DNA of 64,000 nucleotides from Octopus vulgaris (Eukaryota). The notes beneath the pieces are model-generated. The model did not search any database. It worked only from the letters and a program-made list of their open reading frames with translations, and was not told the origin of the DNA. The stretch lies in the NCBI GenBank assembly GCA_951406725.2, contig OX597815.1:29698001-29762000 (forward strand), read 5' to 3'. Each line of letters starts with the position of its first letter. Positions within the stretch are counted from its first letter, which is position 1. The position numbers were made by a program, and so were the translations under genes. Positions 39,336-54,127 of the stretch are shown here, piece by piece.

Positions 39336-39849
39336 CAGCAGGCTGATAAAATTGTTAGCATGCTAGGCAAGATGTTTAGCGGCATTTCGTTCATCTTTAC
39401 GTTCTGCGGTCAAATTCCGCTGAAGTTGACTTTGGCTTTCAACCTCTCGAGGCGTTAAAATACCAATTGAACGCAGACGTCACTTTAATCGACCTGGCTC
39501 CTCCCCGCAAACTGCTGGCCTTGGGCCAAAATCTTAAACCAATTTATATTTGTAAGAAGCTGAAATTTTATTAACATAACTCTAAACCTAACATTTCGGT
39601 TCGTCAAACAGTGGTAGGCTAATAATCAACATACATTTATATACTTAGGATATTAGGGTACCCTTGTAAAATCATAAAATATTTGAGAAATAAACACGTG
39701 ATATGATTGCTTGTTGGAATTCATAGAGCTGGCATTGATGTGAGAAAACAGTACACGTATAAAATTAAAGCGTTGAAAGACAGATATTCAAATATTTTGT
39801 GACATTTTAACGGTACGTAAATCGTATGTATACAAATGCCTGCTTCTTG

Positions 39850-39891
39850 TTAATCCTGACGAGCCGGAAGATAAATCCCGCGTCGTATTAA
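39850..39891 (+). ncRNA. Hammerhead remnant with internal deletion
   Basis: UUAAUC CUGACGA gccggaagauaaaucc (GAAA missing) cgcGUC GUAUUAA. Confidence 0.35.
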
Positions 39892-39929
39892 ATGAAGTTT
39901 CATTCCCTATTACACACACACACACTCGT

Positions 39930-40148
<219 letters not shown>

Positions 40149-40240
40149 TTCAGTCATAGGGCAGGAAGATATCTTAACCAACACATACCTTTATTTCTGT
40201 TACTCATTCTCTTTTTATCCACCTTCTCTGTCTCTCTGTC

Positions 40241-40357
<117 letters not shown>

Positions 40358-41381
40358 ATCAGTGTGTCTGTCTGTCTGTTTATCTAGGCACATTCACACA
40401 CACACATATACTAAGTGATTCCGCAGAGTTTTCGTTGACCAATTTTTTTATTCAGAAACTACTGTTAAATTATTTAGATGGTAGATTTAATCGATCCTCT
40501 GCTTTATATCTTACATGTGACACTTTGGGGGCACTTTTGCAAGTATTCGGGTCAAGTTCTCGGTTTGAGAATACCTTCGTCCCTCCCTTTAACCAGTCTC
40601 GAAAACTCCATAGAAGGTCATGGACAGTACCTTTGCTATTGGTTAAACAATAACCTCCCCCCACCAGGTTGTTATAGAATACACTTTTTCAAAATTCCTC
40701 ACAGTGGATTCGAACCTCGAAAGTTTATAACAGAATTTAAATCTATGCAAAAGATCCACAAATCACAATTTAAAAAAAAATATAATCACTTATAGCATGT
40801 TTAGACGGAAGAGTTTCTGAAAACATCTATAACACTTGGTAAAATATGGTCGTTTTATCATACTAAATTTTCGTCATCAGTGGACTTGTAGGCGAGTAGT
40901 CCAGAACAATTCTGTTCATAAGGTAGTTACTATTATACGCAAAGTACTGGGAAACTACTACCAACGACGGTTGATCACTTAGTAGACCTAAGATTAAAGC
41001 GTTCCATTCATGACCGTTCCCTCTTCCTTTTTTCTTCAGACATATTATATCTAGTATTACATTATTCAATTTATGATTCTTCTTAAAGACGATAATGTAA
41101 TATGATGATTGTTTGGTTGCTATTTCTAGCAGATCGAGCGACACCGTAGAGACTCCCTTCGTCTTTATTTGTCGCAACATTAAATTTTGTCAGCCATTTG
41201 TAAGAGAAGATATCGAGCGATTTGTAAAGTTGGTCAATTCAAATTTATGACTTGTTCCTATTGCGGAAAGATTTAATGTGCATCACATTAAAATCAGTTT
41301 TATTCTGAGGCAACTTATTCAATACAACGATAACAACAGCAGTAGCAGCAGAAAAAAAAAATCCAGGGTTGATATAATTAC

Positions 41382-41513
41382 TTGATCCTTGGGTAATTTT
41401 AGAAGAGTTGCATGCATTGTGATCAGTTCCTTTGTTTTCTCCACGCTCACATTTTTGTTGTAGGCATTCATTCGTACATGATCAGACTGGACATTAGCTA
41501 CATCAGTTTCCTC
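41382..41513 (-). CDS. Candidate coding exon (EETDVANVQSDHVRMNAYNKNVSVEKTKELITMHATLLKLPKDQ)
   Basis: Acceptor ttctactag, donor caa|gtaatt, 132 nt, phase 0-0, open. Confidence 0.4.
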
Positions 41514-42559
41514 CTAGTAGAATGGCCTGTAAAAATTAGGAGCAATATCCCATCTCTTTTAGTTAACTTATGAAAATATGAGCCCACAAAAGAGCCTGTA
41601 TGTGGTCGATCGAGTTGCTCGAAATAACAGCAAAATCTCCATTCATATCAGATTTTTACTGTCTTCAAATGAGGTCACATTAAAATAATTTACACGAAAA
41701 TAGATGATATTGTCACGGTTGGAATGCTCTTCACCATAGGTCTGCTTAATTCAGGTTGACCTGTGGCTAAACAAATAAAAAAAAATCTCAATCCATTCCA
41801 GATTGAAAAGATTTAGATATATGGAAGGAACGAAGGAACAAATGAAACATTTATTATATAGATTTACGATCGGTGGATAAGAGATTTAGTAAATGTTACA
41901 AAGTCGAAATGTGTTGGGATCTTTAGTTAGGTTTCTTTATATTCTGGATTGCCTTTCATACTTCTAGAGTCGAAGGAATCGATCCAATCGACTTTTGCTA
42001 AAGATATAAATCACCATGGAAATAATATTTGAGGCTAGGAACACTATGTTATCTTTAGACATTTGGCAATATCCAACTTTTCAATAACAATGCTGTACAA
42101 AAATATAATATATAACCTTCATGGATTAGGCCAGTTTTGTTTGGGATTCTAACCCCTGCCTCCCGCTCATAAGTTCAATAAACAACATGTAACGCAACGC
42201 ATTTCGTACCATCACCGTCTGCAAACTGACCATACTCATTGATCAGATATCCAATGAAACAAAAATATTAAAAATGAAAGAGAACCTGGTGATTCGATAG
42301 TACAGTTTCTTACAACAGCAAGTTCTAACACTCGCTGTTTCCAGCAGCATATAATAATCACTCAAACAACCCCCCACGCCCAAACAAACGTACAAAAGAA
42401 ATAAGACGTATACGTAGTTACAACATCCCGGAACACTACTACAAAAATAACTTTAGGAAAACTTTCGTGCTCTCTCTGTCTCTCACGCTTCCTTTCGCTC
42501 TCTTACTCTCTCTTTCTCTTTCAGTCCGGATAAATATATAAGAACCGAATCAATGAAAG

Positions 42560-43400
42560 AGCTTTTCCTCGATCACTGACCCTTCCGATGTCGGTGTCAA
42601 ATATTTTACACACCACATCAAACTTGCATCGCTTCAATGAACATATCTAATATATCCGCCAGTGGGGTCGTGAATGTCTAATATCTTAGAACAACAGAAA
42701 GAAAGAATCACTGTTCATATCAAAGAAACAGACTTCTACTTTGCTCTCTCTGGTCAAGAACAACGCAAAACTTTCAAAATCGCAACAAATGTTAGGGTCC
42801 ATATTCTCTGATGATTTTTCACAACTAAAAGTGTATCCCAAGGACTAACAGTTCTCATCTACGCCAGATAATACAATTCTTCAGCTCTGAACAGTTATTC
42901 CCTTTCTATAATTTCTAAATAACAGCAACAATAAAGTACTGCTCCCAAATCTGGGACGAAGTTTCTGCTACTCACAGTTTAAACGACATCCAATATAAGG
43001 CCATCTGCTTGATTGGCAAATCGAACAGCCATTATATTACAAACTCTAGCCCACAGAGGTGCTGCCTATTCACTCTGTTCTATCACTTGCATAATGCCCT
43101 CGGCTCCTCTAAACTAGTAAATTTCACACCTTCTCCACTCAAGCCTATAAGAAAGAACCGTCTCTAATCCTTTTGCAATAATAACTGTGATGGCAACCCC
43201 CACTACATCCTGCTCTAATCATTTTACCAATTCTGTCATTTCTAGAGTATAAATCCTCCTGAATTCCTGCCTGCTCACATTGAGTTAGAGAAATTCGAAA
43301 TGATCAGCAATTGGGCTCAATCTCACGTACGAAGTTCAAGAGAACTGCCCTTCCAGACTGAGCCTTGAAAAGGCTCACTCTGATCATCCACACCTTGTTA
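42560..43400 (+). mobile_element. Highly decayed LINE RT remnant
   Basis: SVSQGLTVLIYA (YADD-like) and LINE-like composition. Confidence 0.4.
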
Positions 43401-43695
43401 GTCTTCACTGAGCCCACCACTAGGACTTACAGATTTATAAAAATAGGCGGGACACTGGAAAGAATGGAAAATATTCATTGAGTACTGCTACCTCCAATAC
43501 TATGTAGAATATGAAATTTAGTTACAAGCTTGGCAGAAATATGGTTTATCAGGAACCATGGTTCTGTGTGTTATATCGCTCCTCAATCATGACTGCTTTG
43601 TGGCTAAGCAACAATAAAAACAACACTGCGTAATGTACACGTATGTACACGCATGCATACAGACAAACATGCACACTTTTGCACACATATGGACA

Positions 43696-43791
<96 letters not shown>

Positions 43792-45265
43792 ACAATAGAT
43801 GGAAAAACTAAGGCAGAATAGTCGTGATGCTATTTATCAAAATTACTTTGCTTTACTATTTCATCTATCTCTGCATTATTTGACAATTTATAACAATATG
43901 TGCAACAGTATAATAATCCTTTCTACTATAGGCACAAAACCTGAGATTTTGGGAGAGGGGAAGTCGACCCCGAAAAGATAAAAGGCAAAGCCGACCTCAG
44001 CGGAATTTGAATTCAGAACGTAAAGACTGAAACATCAACAACTAATGGTTGTTCCAATCTTGGAAGAAAAAATGTCCCGTAGTATAGAGGTGAGGTTTAC
44101 AACTGTAGTTAGCAGTAAACTTTATTATATCTACAATTTCGATGATTTAGGAAAATGGTGACGTTAAATCACACTCAGTGCAAAATCCATGCAGTTGGTT
44201 GGGAAGAAGTAAAGAAGCATCCCAGCAACAACACCAATGATAAAGGAAATGAGATAAAAAAACAACAACAACGAAGATAACGAAAGGCAACAAGGCAATG
44301 AAAGGAATAACATTAAAAGTACCAAAAACCACACCAACAACGGATAATAATAAAAAAAAACCCGATATCAATAAGGACAACAACAACAACGATATAGAAA
44401 CGATATTAATAGCAATAACAAAACAAGAAGCAAAAGCGAAAGCAATAACAGAGGCTCAAGAGTTTAATATTCTCTAATATTCTATAATCGATTTAATCTG
44501 CTGCTACAGTAAACTGTAGGTACGATTGGTATATGTTTTTATTGAAAACTGGTGAGGGGATAGGGGTGAGGTAATGGCTGAATGGTTCAGTTTAGTTTTT
44601 ATCATTTCTGATTGATATGACTTCCGTCATTCATGCTTTGTTGGAGTTTCGGTTAATTAAGCGCCAGCCCTTCTTTTGCAATTTAGATATTACTGATAAT
44701 TTTCACATCGATCCTGCGAGAGATGAAAGCATTAGTTTGCAATGACTTTAAAAGGGAAGGATCCCTGTAACAAAGATAATTGTATTGAGGCATTCCAATT
44801 TCAATGTTTCGTTTGGTTATCAGAGAAACCTGAGCGAAATATATAACGAAGTTGAAGTGAAAAGTATTAGGTTTTTGTCTTCAGAAAAGAAAGATATGAA
44901 AGAAAAGTAAAAAAACAAAGCACAAAAATGCTAGAAGAGAAAAGAGAAACAAAATGGAGAATATAACAACACTCCGCAAAATATCACAAAAATAGCACGA
45001 AACAAAACCAACACAATGAAATGATAAAAAAAGCGAAAAATAAGAAAACGAAACAATGCAAAACATAAAAAAAGCATGAAATAAATGCCCAAATGGATCA
45101 TGGCATAAATAAATGGTAAACATTTGGACCAATAGACTTGCTTCATTGTATGTATGTAGGTACGTACGTATGCATGTATGTATGTATGTATGTATGTATG
45201 TATGTATGTATGTATGTATGTATGTATGTATGTATGTATGTATGTATGTATGTATGTATGTATGT

Positions 45266-45299
<34 letters not shown>

Positions 45300-45384
45300 C
45301 CATGTCTATATGTCTATATGTCTATATGTATGAATGCATGTATCTCTCTCTCCCTCTCTCTGTATTCATACATACAAACAAACG

Positions 45385-45454
<70 letters not shown>

Positions 45455-45632
45455 CACATACATATATATATGTACACACACACACACACATATATATATG
45501 TATGTATATAATGTGTGTGTGTGTGTGTATGTCGCTTACACACATATATGCATCCTTACATACACATAACTATATACATATACATATATGTACACACACA
45601 TCCAATATATTATATGGTCCTTTTTATCCTAG

Positions 45633-45845
45633 AACACCACACTTGTACCCTATTTTATATTGGCGTATGATAATTACTATCATATGTCGAATTACAATGA
45701 CTCATCCATCTACCCGCTGAAAGTAGTTGAGTATCAATGGGTATCTACATTCATTACCCATAGATCTAATAATCAAGATACTCAAGCCCTTTTTGCAAAG
45801 CTGGTTCATACTGGTGTGCACCTCATCAACAGATGGGTCTATGAA
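45633..45845 (+). CDS. Candidate coding exon (NTTLVPYFILAYDNYYHMSNYNDSSIYPLKVVEYQW...LINRWVYE)
   Basis: Acceptor ctttttatcctag, 213 nt open, phase 0-0, donor gaa|gtatat; non-repetitive, with N-glycosylation sequons. Confidence 0.45.
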
Positions 45846-46689
45846 GTATATGTATATTTTATGCAACTTTTGCGTGACTATTGGTTTATTAGTCTTTTTT
45901 TACTTTTGAATTTTGTAGTTTTATTTCTGCCTGGCGAGGTGACAGAATTCGTGCTCAATAATATAAGTAAGCTACAAACAGCCAATTTATGAACTATGAA
46001 CATAAGACTAAGCCTCTGGCAATATCAGTATATTAAACAGCTACTTTCGATCGGTAATGTACTTGCATCGATTATGCAATTAATGTAGGCAATCTCATGC
46101 CAACTCGAACCTATTTAGTATCGCCTCTAAATTACGAACTGAGAATAAACTTGCGGAAATGCCAGAGCGTTAATTTCCTTCTTCACTTCTCAGTTCTTCC
46201 TCGTACTGACTCAGTAAGAATCCTTATTAATTTTGTATCAAAAATTTCCGTGTCAAATTTTGAGTAAAATTTCTTAGTAATTTTGCCCGTACAGTACTAC
46301 GTTCACAATGGATACTCTAGTCTTATTTACACTAAGTCTAAAAGGAAAAAGATTTTCAAGGATGCAGCCGCAAATAAAGCTATTTCTCTGAAATTATCTT
46401 AAAATCTCTCACACAATAGCGTCCATTTTGATAAAATTTAAATAATTTTGGGGAGTTTATTTCCCAGTTAATTGGAAATGTATGTATGTATGTATGTATG
46501 TATGTATGTATGTATGTATGTATGTATCTATCTATTTGTATCACTGTATCGATAGACTATCGGATGTTGTTATGTACCGCTAGTCACATTGGACTTACTC
46601 GCATTGTTGTGGCTTTCTAATGATGGTACCTTGCTGCCTTGGTAGAGAGGGCATACACACACACGTACACGCATACACACACACACATA

Positions 46690-46776
<87 letters not shown>

Positions 46777-48128
46777 TATATGTACATGAATGTATATATA
46801 TGTATATGTATATATATATGTATGTATATATGTGTGTGTATATATATGTGTATATGTATATATGTATATATATATATATATATATTTGAATGTGCGCGCG
46901 CGCGTGTATGTGTGTGTGTGCTTGTGTATAGAGTGTTTGAAGTGGTGTACAGATATTGTATACTAAGGAAAAAGAGGCACTCAGAATTTTGGATAATTCT
47001 TTATCAGCCCTTTCGTTCGTTTAACCGAGCTATTCAAGACAAAAATTGAAACCAATATGTATGCATGTATGTATGTATGTATGTATGTAGGTAGGTGTGT
47101 ATGTATATGTGGTGGACGTGTTTGCGGGTACACATACAAATGAACACGTATGACTGTGTTTGCTTACTCGACTCCTTTTTTAACATATCTCAAAGAACTC
47201 AGAATTTGAGTCTTTGAAATAAAAAAAAAAGTAAAAGTGTGGAATATTGGAATAAAGTAAACGAACTAAACTAGTTTTGGAAACAAGAGAAACCGCCTAC
47301 ATGTCGACAAGGAACGATCAACAAGATATGGCAGTTCACTATTTGATATCTTTTACTCCAGAGCCTGATTATTGCTTTCTTAGAAAGGGGTTAGTGACGT
47401 TGAGGTCATGGTATATTTTAAGTTTTAGGACCAAGTAGCAAGTAAACTAAACACATAGTTCTGTACAATAGTATCATATAACATTTGAACAAATAACAAT
47501 GGGATTTTAAATAACTCACCAGCTTATAGGATAAATAAATATTTTCTTTAAAATTTAACACAGAAATTGAATCGGTTTTTCTGGGTCTTACTGTTTTTGT
47601 TTGGAGATATACTATATTATGTTTTTTAGCCGAATGTATAAACATCTACTCTGTATCATTTGAATCATTTAGAGAAGTAAGAAAATAAATAAGTAAGTAA
47701 GTATATACAGAAATACGTTCACAAAGAATGTCTACATTTTCTGTGGATCCAGTTTCGATGCTAGGTTTTGTAAGTCATCACAACTACAAGGGATATGAGG
47801 ATATAGCGTTAAGGCGTTTGGTAATTTAGAATTCACTAGCTTCCTGTGTTGAAAGGTTGAATATTGGGGATCTGGAAATTCTTCGTATATTGTTAGGCGG
47901 GGGCTGAGAGTTGTAATTTGCTCATTTCTGCTCGTTTAAGCATTTACTTTGGCCAGATTGAATCTTCATTAGTATTGCAACCCTGAGTATATATATATAT
48001 ATATATATAGGCATGTTGGTGCGAACAGGGAATATATATGTGTATATATATATATATAGGCATGTTGGTGCGAACAGGGAAATAGAACTCAGAATATAAG
48101 TATAGGTATATTTTTATTAATATTTAGC

Positions 48129-48223
48129 AGAAGCAACAGAGTGACTCAAGGTGCGAAAGTTTCATGTGTTGGCACAGTGCCAACGCATGAAACTTTCGCA
48201 CCTTGAGTCACTCTGTTACTTCT
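48129..48223. repeat. Near-perfect hairpin, 47-bp arms, 1-nt loop
   Basis: agaagcaacagagtgactc...ggcac-a-gtgcc...gagtcactctgttacttct. Confidence 0.9.
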
Positions 48224-48228
48224 AAATA

Positions 48229-48324
<96 letters not shown>

Positions 48325-48359
48325 GTGTGTGTGTATGTATGAGTGTGTGTATATGTAAG

Positions 48360-48644
48360 CGTTGTCTGGCTTCGGTGTTGAATCCACGATCGCTAGATTA
48401 TGGGTTCGATTCCGGGACCGAGCAGCGAGTTGGGATCTTGAGCAAAGCACTTCATTTCACGTTGTTCTGCGATCATTTCGACATCTGACGAGTGGCATAT
48501 TTGTGCAGGTGTACAGGCAACATCGATTTGATGAGTGGAGTGAACTAATGTACACCACATACATTTGATCACTATAAACAAATCACTTATGCAGCTTGTT
48601 CAGCAAAAGCTGAACCCTCATACGTCGTTTTCGACGAGAGAGTC

Positions 48645-48650
<6 letters not shown>
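48360..48650 (+). mobile_element. Diverged tRNA-derived SINE
   Basis: ggttcgattcc B box followed by ttgagcaaagcacttc. Confidence 0.6.
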
Positions 48651-48692
<42 letters not shown>

Positions 48693-48696
<4 letters not shown>

Positions 48697-48945
48697 GGCC
48701 TTTTCTCATCTTGTATGAGTAATACCGAATGTCTTCATACACTACCTGTCTGATAAGAAACTCAGGCACTTCTGTGTTCCTGGCGATAGACCAGATTGAC
48801 TTGGAGGGGTCGTTGTCAATCATGGCCTGGATCTCACCAACAGATTCAGGAGTTCTTTTCTTATCAGAATGACCAGAGTGAGTTTTCCGAGCTGCTGTAC
48901 TTTCGTAATCACCATTAGACTCATCCAACTATTTCCGAAGTTTCT
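48693..48945 (-). mobile_element. Tc1/mariner-superfamily transposase HTH fragment
   Basis: RTPESVGEIQAMIDNDPSKSIWSIARNTEVPEFLIRQVVYEDIRYYSYKMRKGQL. Confidence 0.7.
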
Positions 48946-49259
48946 CTTGCAAGGTGTGAGTTATAATCGTATTTAACTCAACTGGGAATTGAACTCAAGA
49001 CTGTAAGGCATCAAAATGAATACACTTAAAATATTTTCATGGTACTTGTTTTCTGTTTTATTATAATAATGATTCCTAACATTGACACATACCACACATT
49101 TGGTTTTGGTAAAATGAGTAATCGCTTCAAAGAACCTCACTTATTGCGAATTGGTATTTATTTATCGATCCCGAAAGAGCAAATAGCATATTTAATGTTA
49201 ACAGGATCTGAACACAGAATGTTAAGTGAGTTTTCGTACTCTGGGAACAAAGCATGTTT

Positions 49260-49690
49260 TAATGAATAGCCACAGAAAAGATGTGGTACTAATAAGCATA
49301 CATCTCAAAAGGTTTCGGAGAATGACAAAGTGACAATAATATATGACAAGCAGCTTTCTACACAGGAAGATTGAACGAAATCACCTCAGCATTATTGTCA
49401 AAGATGATCTGAAAAAAAAAAAAAATGTCTTCTAACTGACATATCAATTCCAAAGGATGACAACGTCTGATAGAAATGAAGCAAAAATAACAACAAAAAC
49501 AATCCAAGTATAAATGCGTGGAAACAGAAATATCTTCTCGAAACTAGAATCAATCCATTATAATTGGAAACACAAACAATTACTATTACTGAGAATGATA
49601 AAAATGATAAGTAATGGAATATACGGCCAAAACCAAAGGAGTAACAAGTATTCAGAAAACAGCATTACTTGAAGCTGCATCCATACTATA
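49260..49690 (+). mobile_element. RLE-type non-LTR retrotransposon 3' remnant
   Basis: IIVKDD..KCLLTDISIPKDDNV, PIIIG-like and IQKTALL motifs of a PD-(D/E)xK endonuclease tail. Confidence 0.6.
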
Positions 49691-49847
49691 TACAATAGAA
49701 TATAAATACACACAAATATAGTACATACACAATGTATGTACTATATTATGAAGTAATGACAACAGGACTACTGTTCAAATTATGAAGTAATGACAACAGG
49801 ACTACTGTAATATTATGAATAATATATCATTAATTATTGAATTAACA

Positions 49848-49903
<56 letters not shown>

Positions 49904-50869
49904 TAATAATAAATTCCCTGATGCAGTATCAGGCAGGGGTTCTCATGATTTCTGATCTTAACTGATTGGAAGTGTTATCATGTACATTGTTTTGTCTTGG
50001 TATAAAAGATGGGCTATAGCAAATATTCTGCTCAATACCACAGAATTGCTTGTCAGTTGTTTGACTTTAACCAGTTGAACATGTTCCTGAGTGGCTGACG
50101 ATGTGTGCATCTCTTGATCACAAGCAGAAGTAGTTGGGGGAGCATCATAGCCATGTGTTGAAAGGGATTCTTTCGGGTTTGAATAATTCACAAACTTAAT
50201 GCACAAAAATGCATTAAAAAACAACAGCCGTTAATAAATATTATCGAGAAAAGAAAAATCTTGAAAAAAATTGAAAGCAAGTTGTGAGACAAATTAATTC
50301 TTTAGTAGACTTATCAGATTTCTCTTGAATAAAATTCTGGGAAACAAGGTTGGTGTTAGTTAATGAAGCTAAATACATAAGATTAGATCGATAATTTTAA
50401 TGGTGCATGAAAATATGGACTAGAGATGAACTGAAAATCAACGGAAATGATAGTGTTAACATAGAATAAATGTAAGAACGTCTTCCGTTGTGGACAGCAC
50501 TTGCCAATTTGATGTCAGTTTTCTGGAAAAAGTACAGAAGAAGAAAAGTATGGACAATTAATAAGATGTTCGCAATTCTAGTATCAATATACATATTCAT
50601 GTTTATTCCAATCACTACTGGAATAATAAGCTATATGCCAATAACATAGGTATAAAAAAATGAAGTCAGGTTTATACATATGTATTTTTACATATGTCTC
50701 CTAGATAAGGAAGCAGGCAAGCGAGAAGGAATAAAGGGAAACTATACTGCATACATACACACTTACACGCATGAATGCATACATACATATATGCATAAAT
50801 GTATTCATAAATAGATGAATGCATGAATACATGCATAAGAAGTGTAACAAAACTTGATATAGTTGTTTG

Positions 50870-51920
50870 GTACAGAAAAGAAATATTATGGACTGTTTTG
50901 AGGTCAGCTGCCCAGAGGAAGTAAATATTCCATTCAAATATCAACAGGAACATTTATTGACAACTGTTTCGCGGCTTAAACTTCTTTACTAAACTTTACA
51001 TCTCTACCCGTAGTCATAGACGCTCAAGGTTATGTGACTAATTGTCCGGGAAATAATTAAAAAAAAATAGTTTTCAAGCAAAGATAGAGACGACCTAACA
51101 CGTAGCCTTTACAACCTGCAAGCAGCATGGTAGAAATAGGCAACAAGTACTCTTTTACTCTTTACTCTTTTACTTGTTTCAATCATTTGACTGTGACCAT
51201 GCTGGAGCACCGCCTTTAGTCGAGCAAATCGACCCCAGGACTTATTCTTTGTAAGCCTAGTACTTATTCTATCGGTCTCTTTTGCCGAACCGCTAAGTTA
51301 CGAGGACGTAAACACACCAGCATCGGCTGTCAAGCGATGTTGGGGGGACAAACACAGACACACAAACATACACAAAAACATATATAGATACATATATACG
51401 ACGGGCTTCTTTCAGTTTCCGTCTGCCAAGTCTACTCACAAGGCTTTGGTTGGCCCGAGGCTATAGTAGAAGACACTTGCCCAAGGTGCCACGCAGTGGG
51501 AATGAACCCAGAACCATGTGGTTGGTAAGCAAGCTACTTATCACACAGCCACTCCTACGCCTATATAATTTTTTTATTGTTAATGTCATTAAATTTCAGA
51601 GATAGTGCCTTGTTCTTAATAACAAATTATAAAAATATTTCATTTAAAAAGAAAGAGCCAGGACGAAAATTCCATCAACTCCACTTAAATTGACTGCAAA
51701 GTATATCGCTAGAGGGCTGGAAGAATTTGCAAGTTGTTGCTGATAGCGACAGTAATCGCGAAGGCACCATAAAAATTATGAAAGTAGTTTACAATAAGCT
51801 CCTTTCCTACACTAAGCTTGACAAAGAATTTATATGCCGTAACCATCAAAGAACTTTGGATAAGTTCTTCACCACTAAAGCAAATGATGATAATGATGAA
51901 CCATACGTTAGAAGATAGTG
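50870..51920 (+). mobile_element. Tigger/pogo transposase remnant interrupted by a SINE
   Basis: IDNCFA, TSLP..D.QG, C-terminal LTAKYIARGLE...QRTLDKFF. Confidence 0.55.
51151..51563 (-). mobile_element. SINE family A, full length
   Basis: Matches other copies; (tttactc)n tail. Confidence 0.9.
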
Positions 51921-52346
51921 ACCCTTATTCTCCCAGTAACACTTATAGCACCTTCTCATACAGTAGTCAGCTTCTTTTATTGTAAGAACGTACCCTATTG
52001 CAATATTACGATTCATATTCCTTAGCGTGTTTTTCTTAAAATGTTTTTTATGTATACATATTGTACATTTAGATATTTCGATATGGTTATTTTCATGTAT
52101 AAAAATGATCATGCTCTTTTCTTGCTCTTTTCTCTGTTCGTGTTGTTTCTCTGATTTTTGTTATTTCGAAAATTATATCGGGACGAATTTCAATTTAAAA
52201 CACATGAACATCAAAAGGAAAATTGGTTCCGCGTTACATCGAGATGTGCAGTAATGTATTATACATGTAATTTGAATAACATCTGCATTTGGGACATCGA
52301 AGAATGTTTTATAAGTGCAAAATTGCGAAAATTTATTGAAAGAGAA

Positions 52347-52380
<34 letters not shown>

Positions 52381-52559
52381 GGAGAGAGAGAAAGATGGAG
52401 AGAGAGTGGGGGAGAGAGAAGGGGAGGGAGAAAGAGACAGAGAAGAAATACAGAGATATGAAGATGCGCATTTGAAATTTGAAGGGCAATTATAATTCCG
52501 AAAAACAAAAAAGCAAAAACAAACTTAAAAGCAGTTACTGAACCTGGAAATCTGATAAT

Positions 52560-52789
52560 TCTTTATTCTTTTATCATTTTACTTGTTTCAGTGATTTTAA
52601 CTGCGGTCATGCTGGAGCACTGCCTTTTAGCCGCAGAAATCGACCCCTGGTCCTTATTTTTTGTAAGCCTGGTACTTATTCTATAGGTTTTTTTTTTTGC
52701 CGAACCGCTAGATTACGAGGATGTAAACACATCGAGATCGGTTGTCAAATGATTGTGGAGGGACAAACAGACACAAACACACGAATATA

Positions 52790-52848
<59 letters not shown>

Positions 52849-52965
52849 GACAGACTTCTTTCAGTTTCCGCCAACCAAATCAACTCACAAGGCTTTCGTC
52901 GGCCCGAGACTATAGTAGAAGACACATTCTGAATCCGGGACCATGTGGTTGGGAAGCAAACTTCT
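52560..52965 (-). mobile_element. SINE family A, partly deleted
   Basis: Matches other copies. Confidence 0.8.
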
Positions 52966-54120
52966 TTATTTCATTATATTGGCCATAAAGCCTTACTCAG
53001 AGAAAGGAAGCTGTGGGCTGGACGTAGACATAATGTTATATGAAATGAAAATGAAAATGATGATTAATGGGGGGAAAACGACGCCCACCGATCGATTTTT
53101 CCCGACAACATCGATCTCTTGTATATTGTTCATGAGGCAACAAACCTCTACACTGTTCACAATATTCAATAACAAAATTCAATAACAAAATGAGGCGCTA
53201 AGCCTCTTTCCTTTCTTTCCAAACTCGGAACTTTCAATAACACTGAGGCTTTTCAACCGCTTATCACTATTCCCCCTCAACATCGCTTTTGCCCGCATAC
53301 TCCGCCATCACCCACACCTCATTCAAGATCAAAGCGGGTGCCGTGTCAGCATCGTCCGGGTACAAGCGATATTCCTCATTGAGTCCCTTCAGCCTATTCA
53401 TCACGGGCAACGTTATGACCTCCACAGCTAACTGCGGAGGCCATTCGGATCCTGTGTATAGGCTAAAGGTGCTCCCTTATGGTGTTTTTCCACCACCTTT
53501 TCTACCTCTCCGCCTCTATAGAAGAAGACCAATAATTCGTCTTCCTCCGGGGGCGAGATATCCAATTCTACCGTTGGCGGCACAGTTCCCGCCAGCGGTG
53601 TCTCTTTCCCTGTCGGTTGCACAACCCCAACCGGCGGACATTCTGGTACTATGTCACTGACTGCCGGCAATGTCCCATTTCTGTTCCTCTTCCCCTTTTT
53701 TTCCTTTTCAAATGAGGGAGGGTGCGTCTCCTTTGTGACTGGGAGATTCGTCCCCCCTTCCTCATCCCTAAGATCCTTCGGTGAGCATCCATTATTGCTC
53801 ACCTTCTTCCTCTTGCGGCCCTTCTTTAGGGAGTCCTCCGCCTCCTCGGCCACCTTCATTCCCTCTTCTACAGAGGACCTTACTTTGTTCCTGGGAAAGT
53901 TTTTCTTTATATGGCCAGGCTCCAGGCGTCGATGACACCGGGGGGGGGGACCCTCAAAAATCACCGGGTACCTGCACTCGGTCATTTTAAAAAAATCTGG
54001 AAAAACCAGGTTGACTGATTGGATCCAAAGGGTCAAAACAGCTTTTGACCCAACCCAATCATCCGCAGGAAAAACTTAAGGAAGTTGGCTCCGCTGCCAC
54101 CCAGATCCCGGCGGATAGTC
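52966..54120 (-). mobile_element. L1/Tx1-type ORF1 (gag-like) element fragment, no RT visible
   Basis: 202-aa ORF with YPVIFEGPPPRCHRRLEPGHIKKNF (decayed CCHC) and a K/E-rich linker. Confidence 0.65.
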
Positions 54121-54127
54121 TCCTCTA

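Noticed and set aside
47741-47785. Minus-strand hammerhead-like motif
   Set aside because: Core C missing and stems II/III do not pair convincingly
50397-50522. Minus-strand terminal exon resembling a GPI-anchor signal
   Set aside because: Adjacent to a plus-strand Tigger relic and no upstream partner exon identified
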